Shown here piece by piece: positions 39,574 through 52,830 of a stretch of 64,000 nucleotides of DNA (its first letter is position 1; each line of letters opens with the position of its first letter). The notes under the pieces are model-generated. The model saw only the letters and a program-made list of their open reading frames with translations, made no database searches and had not been told where the DNA came from. The DNA lies in contig CM120645.1 in assembly GCA_051362555.1 (NCBI GenBank), positions 2,108,001 through 2,172,000 on the forward strand. The letters are read 5' to 3'. This DNA comes from Lingula anatina. Taxonomy: Eukaryota > Animalia > Brachiopoda. The position numbers and the translations under genes are program-made.

Positions 39574-41800
39574 GTATCCAAGTTTTGTTCATTTAGACAT
39601 AGATACACAATTTTGGCTAACATGACGTTCTCAGGAGCAACGGTACTGCCAACATATCCTTGGCCGTATATGACTTTGAACGTAATGAATGAAAACAATG
39701 AAAATAAATATTTTAAACCGCACAATGTTCCAGATGAAAAACAATCTTCATTCTTAAAGCCCTCTTTTGAATTTATATACCCATGAGTGCATGTGTTTTT
39801 TTGTTTACAGGCATTCATGAAACACTTAAGGTGATTTGTGACAGGTTGCCAGATACACAAGAACAACGAAAATTTTCAGGTAAATATGCAGTAATAAACT
39901 CCAGGCATAAGACACCTGATACATTTATGTACAGAGATGTTTCTAATCCACTGCTAATTGACATTATGTTTTTTTTTATTTATTTATTTTTTTTGTGATA
40001 TTTCAATCGCAAGTGGCTTAATAAATAACTTTGTTACACTCAATATAAAGTTATTTGAGGTGCTTTCATATATAGTGTGATACAACTGAAGATTCAGTTC
40101 TTTTATAAGTTATGATAAGAAAACCTTCCATTTTGGTTATAAGATATGTAACTGAATATAATGCAGGTGATAGATTAAGCTTCCACCAGACAGCCTGTTC
40201 TGGCACCCTTCTGCTTCTATGTTAAAGGATATCAATACGTTTCCAAGGTCCAAACTGGTCAAAACAGCTTTCCTCCGTTTTAAATGTAGAATACTTATCT
40301 AAATATTAGTGCAATCAAATAAAAAAGTTCCAGGGCAAAACGTCCCTTTTGTGGTTTTCTTCACCAACCCACGAACTTCTTCTTTCAAGCTCTGTCCTCA
40401 TTTGTCCTCAGTTTAACTGCTTTGCTTATTGATGCAAGATATTGTGATCGATTTGTGACGTAACTCCGTAAGGAAGTGATATAGATTATATGGGTGACGA
40501 CAATGTTATGAAATACAATACGTCACCAGCATCTATTATTAGTTCATTTTTTAAGAGATATGAGCCTCTAATTACTGTTTCAACTGACGAAGACTTCATC
40601 TCTCGTATTTACTGATAAAATCAGGTATGACCTTTCAAGGAGATCAATTGGCACCAGAATGCACTGCTTACTGTTGAGATTTAAAATGGTGTTGATAACT
40701 GTTCAAGAAAATCGAAAATAGTTTTCAACACAAACCCCAGGTTTATTTTTGATGTAAGAACAGTATTATTTCATAACATGACTATGTTTGTTACTGCATT
40801 GCCTTAATGGATAAGGACATAGACCTGACGTATCAGTGAAATATTACAGCATCCACTTAATGCATTCACCAGTCAAACTGGAAGAAATGATGCACTTAAT
40901 TTCTACTATAACACACTTCAATAGACATATGAGAAGACGAAAACATTATGCAACCCAAAAATTTCTAGTAGCTTTGCATGTCGTCGCCTCTTGTGCAATG
41001 GTGATAAAAAGTAAAAGGTATAAGGCATGATTTAAGTTTCACCCTTATTCAAAGGGAGTTGGTCATATGATTGGAGCGTTCTCTTTTTTTCAGAAATGAT
41101 GTTTATTAATTTTACTTTGTAATTAACAGTTTATTTTGACGTATAAAAAGTCTACGTATGTTCAAATATTATTATTCAGCATTTTATTTATTTGGTAGTA
41201 AAGGGTGGGGGAAGTACAGTGGTAGTTGCAAAATATATTTAAATATTGTACATCATTTTTATATACATGTAAATATCACTTAGGTTTTAAATATGGTTTT
41301 CTTTTCACATGACCCTAGGTCTAGGTATGTTTAAACATAATTATTACAATAGTTGAACTTTTTGTGGGTTGAGGGGGTGTGATGTAATGATGCAATAAAT
41401 CACTAATTATAAATATTTTTAATTTTTAATACATGTACGTTGTTACAATAACATAGTGGAAACTACAGTGGTAGTATCAAAATATATTTAAATATTGTAC
41501 AACATTTGTATATAAATATAATTTGTTTCTTCAATATAGAATTTGAATGTTTGCAGGATGTATTCACCAAGAAAACAAACTTATATGCATTTCTTATTTT
41601 ATTTTCCAGGAAAACGCCGGATTGGAGACCCACAATTCTCAAAGCATCCTGCAAAACGTAAGTTATATTTTACTCTGATAAACAACAAAGTGACAATTTA
41701 AATCAGATGAATCAGCAATATCACATTTGTTATTTAAGTGGTCAGTAATCACAGTATTTTTATCAATGTTGATGTGGGAGACAGTGCAGGCACAGTTTTA

Positions 41801-42676
41801 AGCCTCGGTCATAACTGGACGCACGGATTTTAGGACCGTAGGTCCTCTACCAATTTTGGGTGCAGTGGAGGTCGTGGGGTTCGTAGAGGTAGAGGAAAGT
41901 CTACCTTGCAAATTGCAAGGGCCACATGATATTTCCCTTCAAGCAGTGACGCTAATTGCAAGGAGCGATGGCCGTGGAAATTGTACTCATTTATTGTATT
42001 CATTTATCTCTCACCACTTACGAAGGGAATGCAACGCACGGCGAAATTAGTACTCTTTTGCGTCAGTTTTGCTTCACACTTGCTTCACACTTGCCTCACA
42101 CGCCAGTTTTGCTTCCTGTTCTTCTATTCTTTCTTCTTCCTCCTCCCTTTTTTTCTACTATGGAAGCTTCTTTCCCTTGCCTTTTGGAGGCATATTAGAA
42201 ACTAAACTGAGCAAATATTTGAAATTTTTGAAAATTGTTGTACGCGTAACACAGTCGACGTTCATTGTAAAGACACGAGCGTGCGTCGTGATCACGCCTT
42301 TTATACACAAGGCGTGGGGGTGACGCACGTGCGACGCATTCCCGGTGTGCTCTCGACATTGTTTGTTAGTTGTGAGGACGTGCACCTTACTCAACACGCA
42401 AAAGGGCACTTGCTCCTTTATTGCTTGCATTGTGCGTCTTGTACAACACGGGTCTCTCTTGCTAACTCCGTGCGAGGGAAGCAAGTTACGCTTGCGACCT
42501 CGCTGTTCGCAGGCTATCCGTAGAATCTTTTGGACATGTCCAACGTCTTCCGTACGTGCTAACGGGCTGTCTGCGAACTTGAAATTTCGTAAGGACTTGC
42601 GTGGGACGTGAAATCTGCGCAAAATTTGGACGCAAACAGCCCGCAAGAGCCCGTACCGCTGGTTGTGACCTAGGCT
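41801..42676. mobile_element. Non-autonomous TIR element, PIF/Harbinger-like, in a copy 2 intron
   Basis: Termini AGCCTCGGTCATAAC / GTTGTGACCTAGGCT within TTAA or TTA/TAA flanks. Absent from the paralogous intron of copy 1. A related fragment lies at about 56985-57365. Confidence 0.65.
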
Positions 42677-42873
42677 TAAGATGTACTTGTAATGAAGTGT
42701 CCCCCTTCAATACGACTGTGATAATGATCCAAATTACCACACGAGTCCTTTAAATGTATATTATATTATACTAGAAACCAATGAGACATTTATGTTCTAT
42801 GCACCTTTTCTTACTATCTTTAAACTTGTTTGTATTATACAGTGCAAATATTGTAAATAAAATATATGTATAT

Positions 42874-43263
42874 AAGCTTGAAAAGTACTCAAAGAGCGCA
42901 GATCTCTGCCAAGGCAGCAAAGTCTCCATCCAATGCCGTTTCACCCCTAAATTTCCGATATTTTTTATCATTGATTATTGATTGATTTTTTATCCGGATC
43001 ACCGCCAAAAACTATTCATCTGTTCCTCGGCCCACTCCTGAAAATTTCATCAAAATCGGTCCATAACTTAGTTTTTTTTTATTATTGATTGATTGTTGAT
43101 CACCACCAAAAACTAATCACTTCTAAGTTAACCCATTTCTGACCTACCCTGAAAATTTCATCAAAATCGGCCCATAACTTTCTGAGTTATATTGATGACA
43201 AACAGACAGAAAGACAGACAGTAAGACAGTCCTGTGAAGACATAACCTCCTTGGCGGAGGTAA
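42874..43263 (+). mobile_element. Helentron-associated (HINE/DINE-1-like) non-autonomous element
   Basis: Two tandem core repeats (GAAAATTTCATCAAAATCGG.CCATAACT), a GACA microsatellite, a 3' stem-loop ACCTCCTTGGCGGAGGT and a matching subterminal GCCAAGG near the 5' end. Confidence 0.65.
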
Positions 43264-43306
43264 TATATCTAATTTATTTCGTGTATTGTAAGTACAGGAA
43301 ACTTAA

Positions 43307-43961
43307 AGTCATAATAACTCAAGATTCGATTTGGCCAAAAATACGATTTTCCTGTAAAAAACGGCAATTTTCCCGTACTTACCAATGGTCAACGACCCCA
43401 TTCCTGCATTCAAAGTTAAACCAGGTTTTTTTTCCTAAACGTACGGTTTTTTGTTGAAATCTCTTAAGAGATTTTATCTGACGGAGCCCTCTCTCTAACA
43501 TGGCAGTCACGCGATATCGAGCGATAGTTTCTGGTGACCTACTTAAAACCGCGGGAAAAGCAGACAACAACGACACTATATATCTATATTAAAAGATTTA
43601 TAAGATATATTCGTCTTATTGCCCAAAATGCATTTATATCTACAATGTGTGCAATTCTGGGCTTTTCGTTATCCGACGCACTGTACAAAAACTCGCAACT
43701 TACGTCTGAAGGTTTCCCGCCAATGTTATTTTGGTCTCGAATGAACGCGAGAATCCGCGTGACACCTAAATGTCATTGGCAACGGATGCACTTGTCGACC
43801 GTGAAGAAAGGCATCGAAAGCCCAAGTGACAAGCACAGATTTTAGTTTTACTACAATAACAGTCGTTTTAGTGGGAAAATGCAATAGAATATATTTCCAG
43901 GCGTTGTTTACAATGTATTTCTTGATGAATTTTTAATCTCAAAGGAAGAGTTATTATTGCT
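43307..43961. mobile_element. Kolobok-like non-autonomous element
   Basis: TTAA on both sides (43303-43306, 43962-43965). Short TIR AGTCATAATAACTC / GAGTTATTATTGCT with AG...CT termini. Flanks join in the paralogous intron at about 14731-14760. Confidence 0.7.
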
Positions 43962-46781
43962 TTAAGTCTGTGAACACTTGAACTGCAGCATTCCTCGACG
44001 CCCTCCAGTGTATTTTTTATGGGACAGCATTATCTCTTGACAGGATAATGTTTAATTCTACACTATCTAAAAGAATCAGGAAATAAAATAGATCAAAGAC
44101 AACTTATCAAACTACCTTTAAATACGTCCACTGGTCCATCAGTCAAATTGTAAGAAAGGATCATACATACGGTGTTGATTCCTTCTAAGCCATAAGGCGT
44201 TTAGTAATTGCTTCATCATTCAGAGATCCTTGTTTCTACTACATACATGTACTCAGCACTACTAGTGTGTATTCGCTGGTGAGCCTACGTTTGGCCAATC
44301 TCTTATGAAGTACTGTCACTGTGACTCGTCTATGGCCATTTTTTCATGTCAATCAGTATTGCAAATTATATGTTTGTCCATTTGACACCTTTGCTGCTGT
44401 GATTTTGATGACCATGTCAATTATTTATATATTTCATGACTTCTTGATCGTCACCCATTTTATTTCATCTGTTCCAGGAAGCAATTAATTGTATCTATCC
44501 TTGTGATATTACAGTATATATGCACATGTATAACACGTTTATATTTCCCTCCAAATCAGGTTCTCGAAGGAGATCTTCTTCCCTGTCCGACAGCGAAGGT
44601 TCTCCAGTACCCTCAACTTCCACAAGTAGCCAAAAACCTGGACGTCACCACAAGCAGAGGGCTAAAAGTGGTAAGATTTAGAAAATTGAAAATATATATT
44701 GTATGCTCATTGTATCTGTGCCAGATTGTTTATCAAAACATGGTTTCTGTAATACTGATACCGATGTACAGATATGCAAACATAACTTGTTAACAATATT
44801 TCCATCCAAATCAGGATCTCAAAGTAAATCTTCTACTCTGTCTGACAAAGATTCTCCAGCACCCTCAACTTCCGCAACTGGCCAAAGATCTGGAAACTCA
44901 GAACGGAGGAGTAGACGTGGTAAGACCCGGATATTTAGAAATATTTAAATTGTGTATGCTCATTTTTACGTTACGATAAATTATCCATAGAAGTATATAT
45001 ACATGTATACTGATGCTCCTTGAAAGATCTACATTATAGTTGTTAAATTTAACAACTATAATGTAGATCTTTCAAAGTGCATCAATATATATACTTCTAT
45101 ACGGTGAATTAAGATAAATTATCCACAAACCTTAATGTTTTTTATAAATTCTTAATAGCAGTCAAGAGAAGATGGGATTAAATATGATGTTCTTTTCACA
45201 TGGCCCTATTATATAGGCCTACGTATGTTCCAATATTATTATTCGGGATTTTTTTTAATTTTTAGAAAAGGGTGGGGGAAGTGCAGTGTTAGTTTCAAAA
45301 TATATTTAAATATTGTACAACATTTATATATAAATATCATTTGTATTTCACATATAGAATTCGTGTTTGCACGATGTATTCACCAAGAAAACAAATGCAT
45401 TTACTTTTTTGTTTTCAAGGAAAACGCCAGATTGGAGACCATAACCCACAATTCTCAAAACATCATGCAAAACGTAAGTTTTTATTTAGTTATTATTTTA
45501 CTTTGATAAACGACAAACTGTCAAAGCAGATGAATTAGCAATATCGAATTTTGTTATTTTAAATTACGAACTTTTCTTTTCATATACTAAGGGTGTGGTC
45601 AATAGTTATAGTATTTTTTTCTACCAGTGTGGATGTGGGAGCCAGTTCAGGTACAGTTTTATAATGCGTGTTTGTGTGTGTGTTTGGTGTGTGTATCTGC
45701 ACGTGTGCGTGAATGTGTATGTGTGCCTGTTGTGAACGTGCGTGTGTCCGTATGTTTGTGCATATGAACGTGTGTTTTTGTGAACGTGTGTATGTGTGTG
45801 TGTGTGTGATCACTTTAGGATATATCATGACTATAAAATATTCACCATCATTGCATTAAATATTCACCACATAATTTTACATTGGCTTCAAAAACGATAC
45901 ACGAGTCCTTTTAGACTCTATATTCTACGAAACTAGGAACCAACGAGAAAAATATGTTCTATGCACCTTTTTCTTACTATCTTAAGAAATGTTTGTATTA
46001 TACAGTACAAATATTGTTAATAAAAGATATTTATATAAATAAATCTTATATATTTCATGCATTGTGAGTACAGGAAGACTCTGTGAAACATTGAACCTCG
46101 ACGCCCTTTAGTTTATGGTGGCTTGGTCAATTTAGTTAAATAGACTGAGCTTAGAATGTCCTATAATTACATGAATAATTACTAGTGTGAATTACATTGT
46201 TAACAGCAATCATGTTATTTTTGTCCCCATCTAGATTATAAGTAAGACTGGAAAAATATTTACTTATAACATTGACGATACCGTTTTTCATATAAAATAT
46301 GTTTCTTTGCAGGCACCAAACTTAAAACAAGGAAGCCAGATACCTGCTATCAGGTAATGTACTGTACATGTAATATATGTCGCTCTACATTGTGCTCAAC
46401 ATCTTGTTATAACTACTTAATAATTTCATAAATGTTTGAATATCAAGATGTCAACCGTTCCTAATCTTCCATGTCCATGTAATATATATAAATGTAGGGA
46501 CTGTTTGGAGGTAATATTGGAGGTAAAACCTATCTCAATATTAGCTGTTGTCTGAAGAAGAAACCACATCATTCTTGTAGGGACAGTTTGTAGTGTGAGG
46601 GGCTGTATGTCTACAGACCCTGCGTGATTATTTTAATACTGCACGCACTAATCAATTGATATTTCAGCCAGATAATGCTGACAATAAAAGTAGAATATGA
46701 GGCAATGTAATTATTGGTTATACCACGTTATAATATCTAATGTAATCTAAATAAACTTTGGATTTATTCCCCATTTTCCAG

Positions 46782-48698
46782 GCACCTATAATGAGACCAA
46801 CACACAAAAACCTTTTGGTGAAAATGAGACACATGTTTGTAGATAATCTCCAAGTTGAGAACATCATTCGGGACATGGTAGCCACGAACATATTTAGTAA
46901 AGACAATGCAGAAAAGGTAAAGGCTAAAGAAACAGAAAATGATAAAGCTTTTGAATTTCTTCGTATTCTACCAAAATGTGGTCCTCGTGCATTTGAAACA
47001 TTTGTTGAAGTGTTGAGAAAACACAATAAGAAAGAACTTGCAGATTTGTTAGAAGAAAAAGCGACTGCTTGCAGTAGTAAAAACCAAATAGCGTCTTACT
47101 ACATAAACTACATGAGTCAAATACAGCGTCTTCCCTGGGACCCTGACGACACAATGCACTTAGATGACGTCTATGTTAACCTGCAGTGGGTACAAGAAGA
47201 AAGGAAACCAGCAGGTACCAGTTCTGATCCAATCGAGAGCTATACATCAATATTAGATACCAAACAAGGTAAGACACCAAAGAGAATATTGGTAAGAGGA
47301 AAAGCAGGCATCGGCAAAACCACATTTACACAGAAGATGGCAACAGACTGGGCAAATGCCACACTGGGTTTAGGAGAATGTGATGAAGTCCTTTTGAAAT
47401 ATAAACATGTTTTAATAATAAATCTACGCAGCATTCAGCCTGGTCAAACACTGAAGGAAGCAATGGAAACGCAAATCACATGTCCTGCTGAAAATAGAAA
47501 AGCAGTGACAGATGAAATCATGCAAGCTCTAGACTATGACAGTGACCATGTTCTGTTGGTCTTTGATGGTTATGATGAATATGATATCAACACTTCCACA
47601 GAAATCACAGACATCATTTACCGAAGACGATACCAGGATGTGTGCACCGTCATCACAACACGTACGTGGAAGGCAGAAGAACTGATGAACAGACGAATAA
47701 TGGACGGTGCGTATAAAATCACTGGGCTAACAAAGGACAACATAGCTGAATATGTTGCTAAATTCTTTAGTGATAAACAGAAATATGATGAGTACCTGAG
47801 GTCAGTATACTGTTATGGTGTTTGGGATGTATTTTGTTCAATAGGGAAGGGTCTCGTAGGCTACATACACGACAAAGAGCTGATGTCTTTGGTGAAGATC
47901 CCAATAATTCTACTGTTCATTTGTCTTATGTGGCAAGAAGATCAAGAAAGTGATGCTCGGACAGATTCACTCCCAGCTTCATACACACTGCTATACAAGA
48001 AACTAATACAGTTGCTTTTAAGACGAAGGTACGGCTTCAGGACACAGGATGAATTGGAACAGTCCGCATGTGTTCAAAAACTTGAAGAACAAACATTTAT
48101 CAGCCTTGGCAAGCTGGCTTACGATGGGCTGGTGAAACCAGATGGGGGTCTCATATTTGATGAAAAGGACCTGCAGACAATTTCAGATGTCAACGAATTG
48201 TACAGTTTAGGTCTACTTAGCAAGTGTAAGGTTCACAGTAACCTTGATGTAAAATACGAGGTAACTTTTCCACACAAAACAATTCAGGAGTTTTTTGCGG
48301 CAAAATACCTAGCGAGGAAATTAGACCAAAATGATAGTAACATTTTCGATAAGTTATTGGAAAACTTAGACACCACTGACAAACTCTATGACATGAGCTA
48401 TGTGCTGCGCTTTTTGTGTGGGTTATCTAGGAGAGCAACTGTCCACGTGCTACATAAAACGAAATCCCTACTTGTGAGACAAAGCATTGAAGCTATTAGA
48501 ACGGGGTATTCCCATTTCCCTGAGCTTTTTTTGCTCAGTCGCGTATATAGAAGTTATAGCCAGTTGTGTAATTATCTCCTTCTAGAACACTGGTATGCCC
48601 ACTGTCCCCAGGAAACAGTGCTGCCCCCTGAGCTTATCTCCTGCCACACGGTGCTTTGCATACCTGGATCATTTTATCACTCTGATCCCAGATTCTAG
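46782..48698 (+). CDS. Copy 2 CARD-NACHT coding segment up to the premature stop
   Basis: GKAGIGKT, LLVFDGYDE, ITTR and FPHKTIQEFFAA intact. The frame continues open for about 1.1 kb (to 49793) after the TAG. Confidence 0.88.
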   Translation, partial: APIMRPTHKNLLVKMRHMFVDNLQVENIIRDMVATNIFSKDNAEKVKAKETENDKAFEFLRILPKCGPRAFETFVEVLRKHNKKELADLLEEKATACSSKNQIASYYINYMSQIQRLPWDPDDTMHLDDVYVNLQWVQEERKPAGTSSDPIESYTSILDTKQGKTPKRILVRGKAGIGKTTFTQKMATDWANATLGLGECDEVLLKYKHVLIINLRSIQPGQTLKEAMETQITCPAENRKAVTDEIMQALDYDSDHVLLVFDGYDEYDINTSTEITDIIYRRRYQDVCTVITTRTWKAEELMNRRIMDGAYKITGLTKDNIAEYVAKFFSDKQKYDEYLRSVYCYGVWDVFCSIGKGLVGYIHDKELMSLVKIPIILLFICLMWQEDQESDARTDSLPASYTLLYKKLIQLLLRRRYGFRTQDELEQSACVQKLEEQTFISLGKLAYDGLVKPDGGLIFDEKDLQTISDVNELYSLGLLSKCKVHSNLDVKYEVTFPHKTIQEFFAAKYLARKLDQNDSNIFDKLLENLDTTDKLYDMSYVLRFLCGLSRRATVHVLHKTKSLLVRQSIEAIRTGYSHFPELFLLSRVYRSYSQLCNYLLLEHWYAHCPQETVLPPELISCHTVLCIPGSFYHSDPRF

Positions 48699-49793
48699 CA
48701 GGTTTTGTATGACAGTGTAGACAGTTTATTGGCCAGTCCTCAGATATACTCTGGTATGCTCAAAGGTTTGATTGCTGTCAGTCTTGACAGCCACATGTTA
48801 GTTACAGAAATACCAGACGATATACTTACCAGAAGACAAGAAATAGAGCACAAACTTTTATCTTTACTCAGAAAGTGTGACATGTTCGAGGAACTAGCAG
48901 CGGTTCTTTGGGAGGCTAGATCTGACAGTTTTGATGATTGCACATATACCTTGAATCATGTTTTATCAAAAGCTCCTAATCTTCAATCACTTGAAATAGT
49001 CATAGATTGTAGTGGAGTACTAGGTCTATCATCAATACCAAACCCTGGAAAACTGTTACATCTGTATGTCAGTGAGATAAATCGTCAAGACTGGCAGGTG
49101 ATCCAACAGATGGTACACTTGGAGTACATTCGTGTAACTAAGGATTTCGGTGAAGAATCAATAATGCCAAGAGCCCCACTTCCTCAACTGGGGGAAATAC
49201 CTAATACCAGTCATGATTTGACTCACATAAATATTAGAAATACCCCTCTTAGTGCCGTGGGTGTACATATTCTGGGGAGGAACCTTCACCATGTGCCAGG
49301 GCTAGAACATCTGCGACTGAACTGGGTATTCAAGGGGAGCTCTGAGTGTGGGCCTAGCAGGTGTACATGCCCTAGGGGTGAAGATACGACAGACTATGAC
49401 AGATGTCAGGATGTCTGTGAAGCCGTGAGTGAACTGAGCCAAGGTGTGATATACACCACTAAACTTACAAACTTCTCATTCAGTGGCAATTACTTGGGTC
49501 GGTACCACGGTATCACCAGTCCACTGATAGCATTGATACAATCTCTCAGTACAGTGTCAGAGCAGACTGGAATGGGGATTGACATGACCTGTAATAACCT
49601 GGGCAGTGTTGACCGCCTCAGTGAGCTGATAGAAGCCATTGTCAGCTCTTACCAGCATGTATCATCTTGGAACCTTTGGGGTAATGGCCTTGAAAAGAGA
49701 CTCCCAAAGCCAGACGACAGTCTTAATTGTCAAGTGCCACATTTTTTTTTGAAGCATAAAGTTTCTAATTGGAAACCTGAACATACGTGTTAA

Positions 49794-51976
49794 GTCTCGT
49801 TCACATATGAAAAATGAAGTTTATTTCTAGATGTGACTGCTGTAGTACAGTTCTGATATTTGCATCACCGAGCAATGCTAAAGCATGCCTTGGTCTACCA
49901 GTGTTTCAGTATTCAATATTTATCCGTGTTACCCAGACACTGATAGTGTACTCTTAATCAGCTGTTACATTATACCTGTTACATTGTATCTTATTGTCAG
50001 TCTTCAACATCTACTGGTAAAGTGCATTCCAAATCATAGTGTAAATATAAAATTGATACAATTGTAAATAATTGATACATTGTTTTTCCCTTCAATAACC
50101 ATCTGTACATATTGCTATGGGCCATTACATGTCAAGACACATGTTGGTTATGATATTATATTTTGACTCATTTATACATGTATAAACATATAGCCTCATT
50201 TGGATATGAAATGGTGTACTGATTGTAGTACTGTATTTCATCTAATGATTTGTTTGTTTCTTTTTTTTTTTTCACTACACATACACACACGTGCAGTGGC
50301 TAAGTGTATGTGTAAATATTGTGTACTAAAATGTACATGTATATCGGTGAATAAGGTGGATTTTTATTTAAAAATTAGATAGCTTTTTTGTTGACTTGAC
50401 TTAGAGCTGTTCATGAAATTTTAGTGTCTTTTTGAAAAATAAAGTGTAAATCAGTATATCACTATGTGTGTGCAAGTTGGATTGGTGGAATGTATGGACA
50501 TTAAATAACTTGCTTTTTGTACATTTAAAATACAACGTCATCGATCATGTGTTTGGCATATTATGTAGGTTCAGTATTTTTAAACTTTTCTTATAATTAG
50601 CCGTAAACACGCATTAAGACACATTTCTTGAAGAAACTGTAGAATTAAAACTAAGCGTTTTTATGGGTTTCAATCTGCACATAATTCTGATTATTGCTTA
50701 TACAGGTACTTAACTTGAAGGTAATTATAGGGTTTTTAGTTATTTTTGAATATTGAAATTTTGTGGAACAAAAATTCTAGTTGTGAAGACTAACATAAGA
50801 TGTCTTATAATAATTTCCTATATTTTTGTCATGAAAGATCATAAATGATCCCACGTGTTGTAGTAGTGCTATTAGGAATAAATAAATTGCGAGTTATTAA
50901 AATTTTAACAGTAAATGTTGTTATGTAAGGGGCCCGCACACGGTGAGCGTCTGGCGCGCGCCACTTGCGCTGCGCCGTTTTCTCATCGTGTGCGGGGGTA
51001 TTTTGGTGAGATTTTTGCCTCTCGCGCGGCTGAGCAAAATTTCTCACGTGTTTGATTTTTTGGGTCTCTTGAGGCAAATGTCTCAGCGTGTGCGGGGTGC
51101 AAGCGCCGATTGCTCACCCCATGCCAACAATGTGCATGTGCTGGTAGCCGGAAACACACAAAAATGGCAGCCCCCGGTGAAGTAAACAAAAATGTACTCA
51201 GTTATAGGTAGTCTGATTGATTAACGTGGTCACCATTTGTCATTACTTTCAGAAAAAAAAAATAAATATGTAATGTTTCCTTAATCACATGATCCTACAG
51301 TTCGCGGTGCGTCCGATAGGGGCAGGCCGGGAGGCATCTCTGCTGAGCAAAGAGCGCATCGTTTGCGGGGAGCTGAGGAGCGCGAGCTTCTGGCGCAGCG
51401 CAAGTGGCGCGCGCCAAATGCTCACCGTGTGCGGGCCCCTTAACAAACACTTTTGTAATTACTGTGAAATATACAAAGTTACAATATATTTTCTTGTTAA
51501 CATTTAAATATTTTAGTTCAGATGAAAGACAAACAAAAATGGCAGCCCCCAGCGAAGTCAACAAAAATGTACACAGTTATCCATTACCATCAGAAAAAAC
51601 AACAATATGTAATGTTTCCTTAAACACATGATCCCACAGTTCACAGTGCGTCCGCTAGGGGCAGGCCGGGAGGCACTTCTGCTGAGCAAAGAGCGCAGCG
51701 TTTGCGGGGAGCTTGGAGTATTTGCATCTAAAATAAAAGTGCTTTAATAAGAAACCAGTTGTGGGGACCCAAATTACATTAAATGACTCTCTATAATAAA
51801 ACCCCAGGGGTTGGGCACAATGGGCTCACATCTTTGGATAACGCTATCTGTAATACTGCTACAGAGATCCCCAGGTTCCATGTCTTAAATTCTTCACACT
51901 AAAAATAATGAAACGACTTCATGTTGCAACTTCAACAGAATATATTTTGCTACACTTAAAGTTTCGTGGTACAAGC

Positions 51977-52018
<42 letters not shown>

Positions 52019-52830
52019 TCTCCTAGATTTTAGTTTAAAGATTTTTATACTAAACGTTATCAATAAAACTGCCCATCCCATACCTTAAAAACTGATTGGT
52101 TAATTAAGACACAAGTCCACCCCCTCATGGTGGTCATCCCCAATTCCTTTTTATGTCCAAGATTACATGCACTTATTGGGGGCTTGGACATAAAAAAGGA
52201 AAGGCCTTCTCTTATTATGTCCAAGATGTAATCAATTTCTAACAGATTACTGGCTTCGAAACAAAGGACATTAAATTTGAACTGCAACCTGGGAGTGATA
52301 AATGATTTAATATTATTACACGATCACAAATTTTGTCGCCCACTGATTGGTCGGGAGTGTCACATGCAGATCAATATCAGCTTATATTGACCTCCCAATC
52401 AGTGAATATAGGCTTGAGTGAATCTGTTTCGTTTTTTGTGATAAAGGATGGACCGTTTGCGTCTGAGTCCAGCGTGCTAGTCTAAATTATATTGAATAAT
52501 ATTAAAATATAAACGAGCGTAAAAAAAACTATTCACTCAGCCAATTTGGACAACCAGCTTATCTTATACAAATCAAGTTTTATGCCACATGTTACTCACC
52601 CACCTGTTAAAAATCTATTATAATTGTGTTCGAACCGCAATGTGAATATCAACCGCACGTGGAGTTTTGCAGAGGACAATAAGACTTTTAAAAGAAAAGG
52701 TCTTGTTTAAATGTGTGTGCTATATATATTTAGAAAACTCAATCCTATTTAGAATATCCACCAAGGCTTGTTACATGTATATAAGTAAGAAGTTCTAAGT
52801 AATGATTTTTATGTTATCTTGTCACTAGGA
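49794..52830 (+). repeat. Copy 2 3' UTR/flank, paralogous to 18399-21310
   Basis: Colinear similarity, including a conserved AATAAA (19876 and 50438). The two flanks differ by their TE insertions. Confidence 0.85.
50929..51439. mobile_element. Harbinger-like MITE, followed by a partial second copy at about 51530-51715
   Basis: About 50-bp TIR GGGGCCCGCACACGGTGAGC...GCTCACCGTGTGCGGGCCCC with TAA/TTA flanks. Absent from the copy 1 flank at about 20540-20700. Confidence 0.8.

Larger units (their letters stand above)
38850..49793 (+). pseudogene. NLR paralog 2: HEPN-linker-CARD-NACHT-(premature TAG)-LRR-like; recent pseudogene or LRR-less variant
   Basis: accATGg at 38850. Exons 38850-39573, 39811-39879, 41610-41657, 44560-44670, 44815-44919, 45420-45473, 46313-46353, 46782-49793, all GT-AG and in phase. 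One in-frame TAG at 48696-48698 where copy 1 has CAG. About 1022 aa to the stop, about 1387 aa if read through. Confidence 0.75.

Noticed and set aside
42158-42646. 162-aa minus-strand ORF and overlapping ORFs
   Set aside because: Inside a TIR element, with no recognisable domain. At most a decayed transposon ORF.
48696-48704. TMV-type programmed readthrough signal
   Set aside because: The context is TAG CAG GTT, matching only half of UAG-CAR-YYA, and the CAG is simply inherited from the paralog. Insufficient evidence.
48705-49793. Separate 362-aa LRR gene
   Set aside because: Starts at TTG, is in the same frame as the upstream ORF and is colinear with copy 1. It is the tail of copy 2 after the premature stop.
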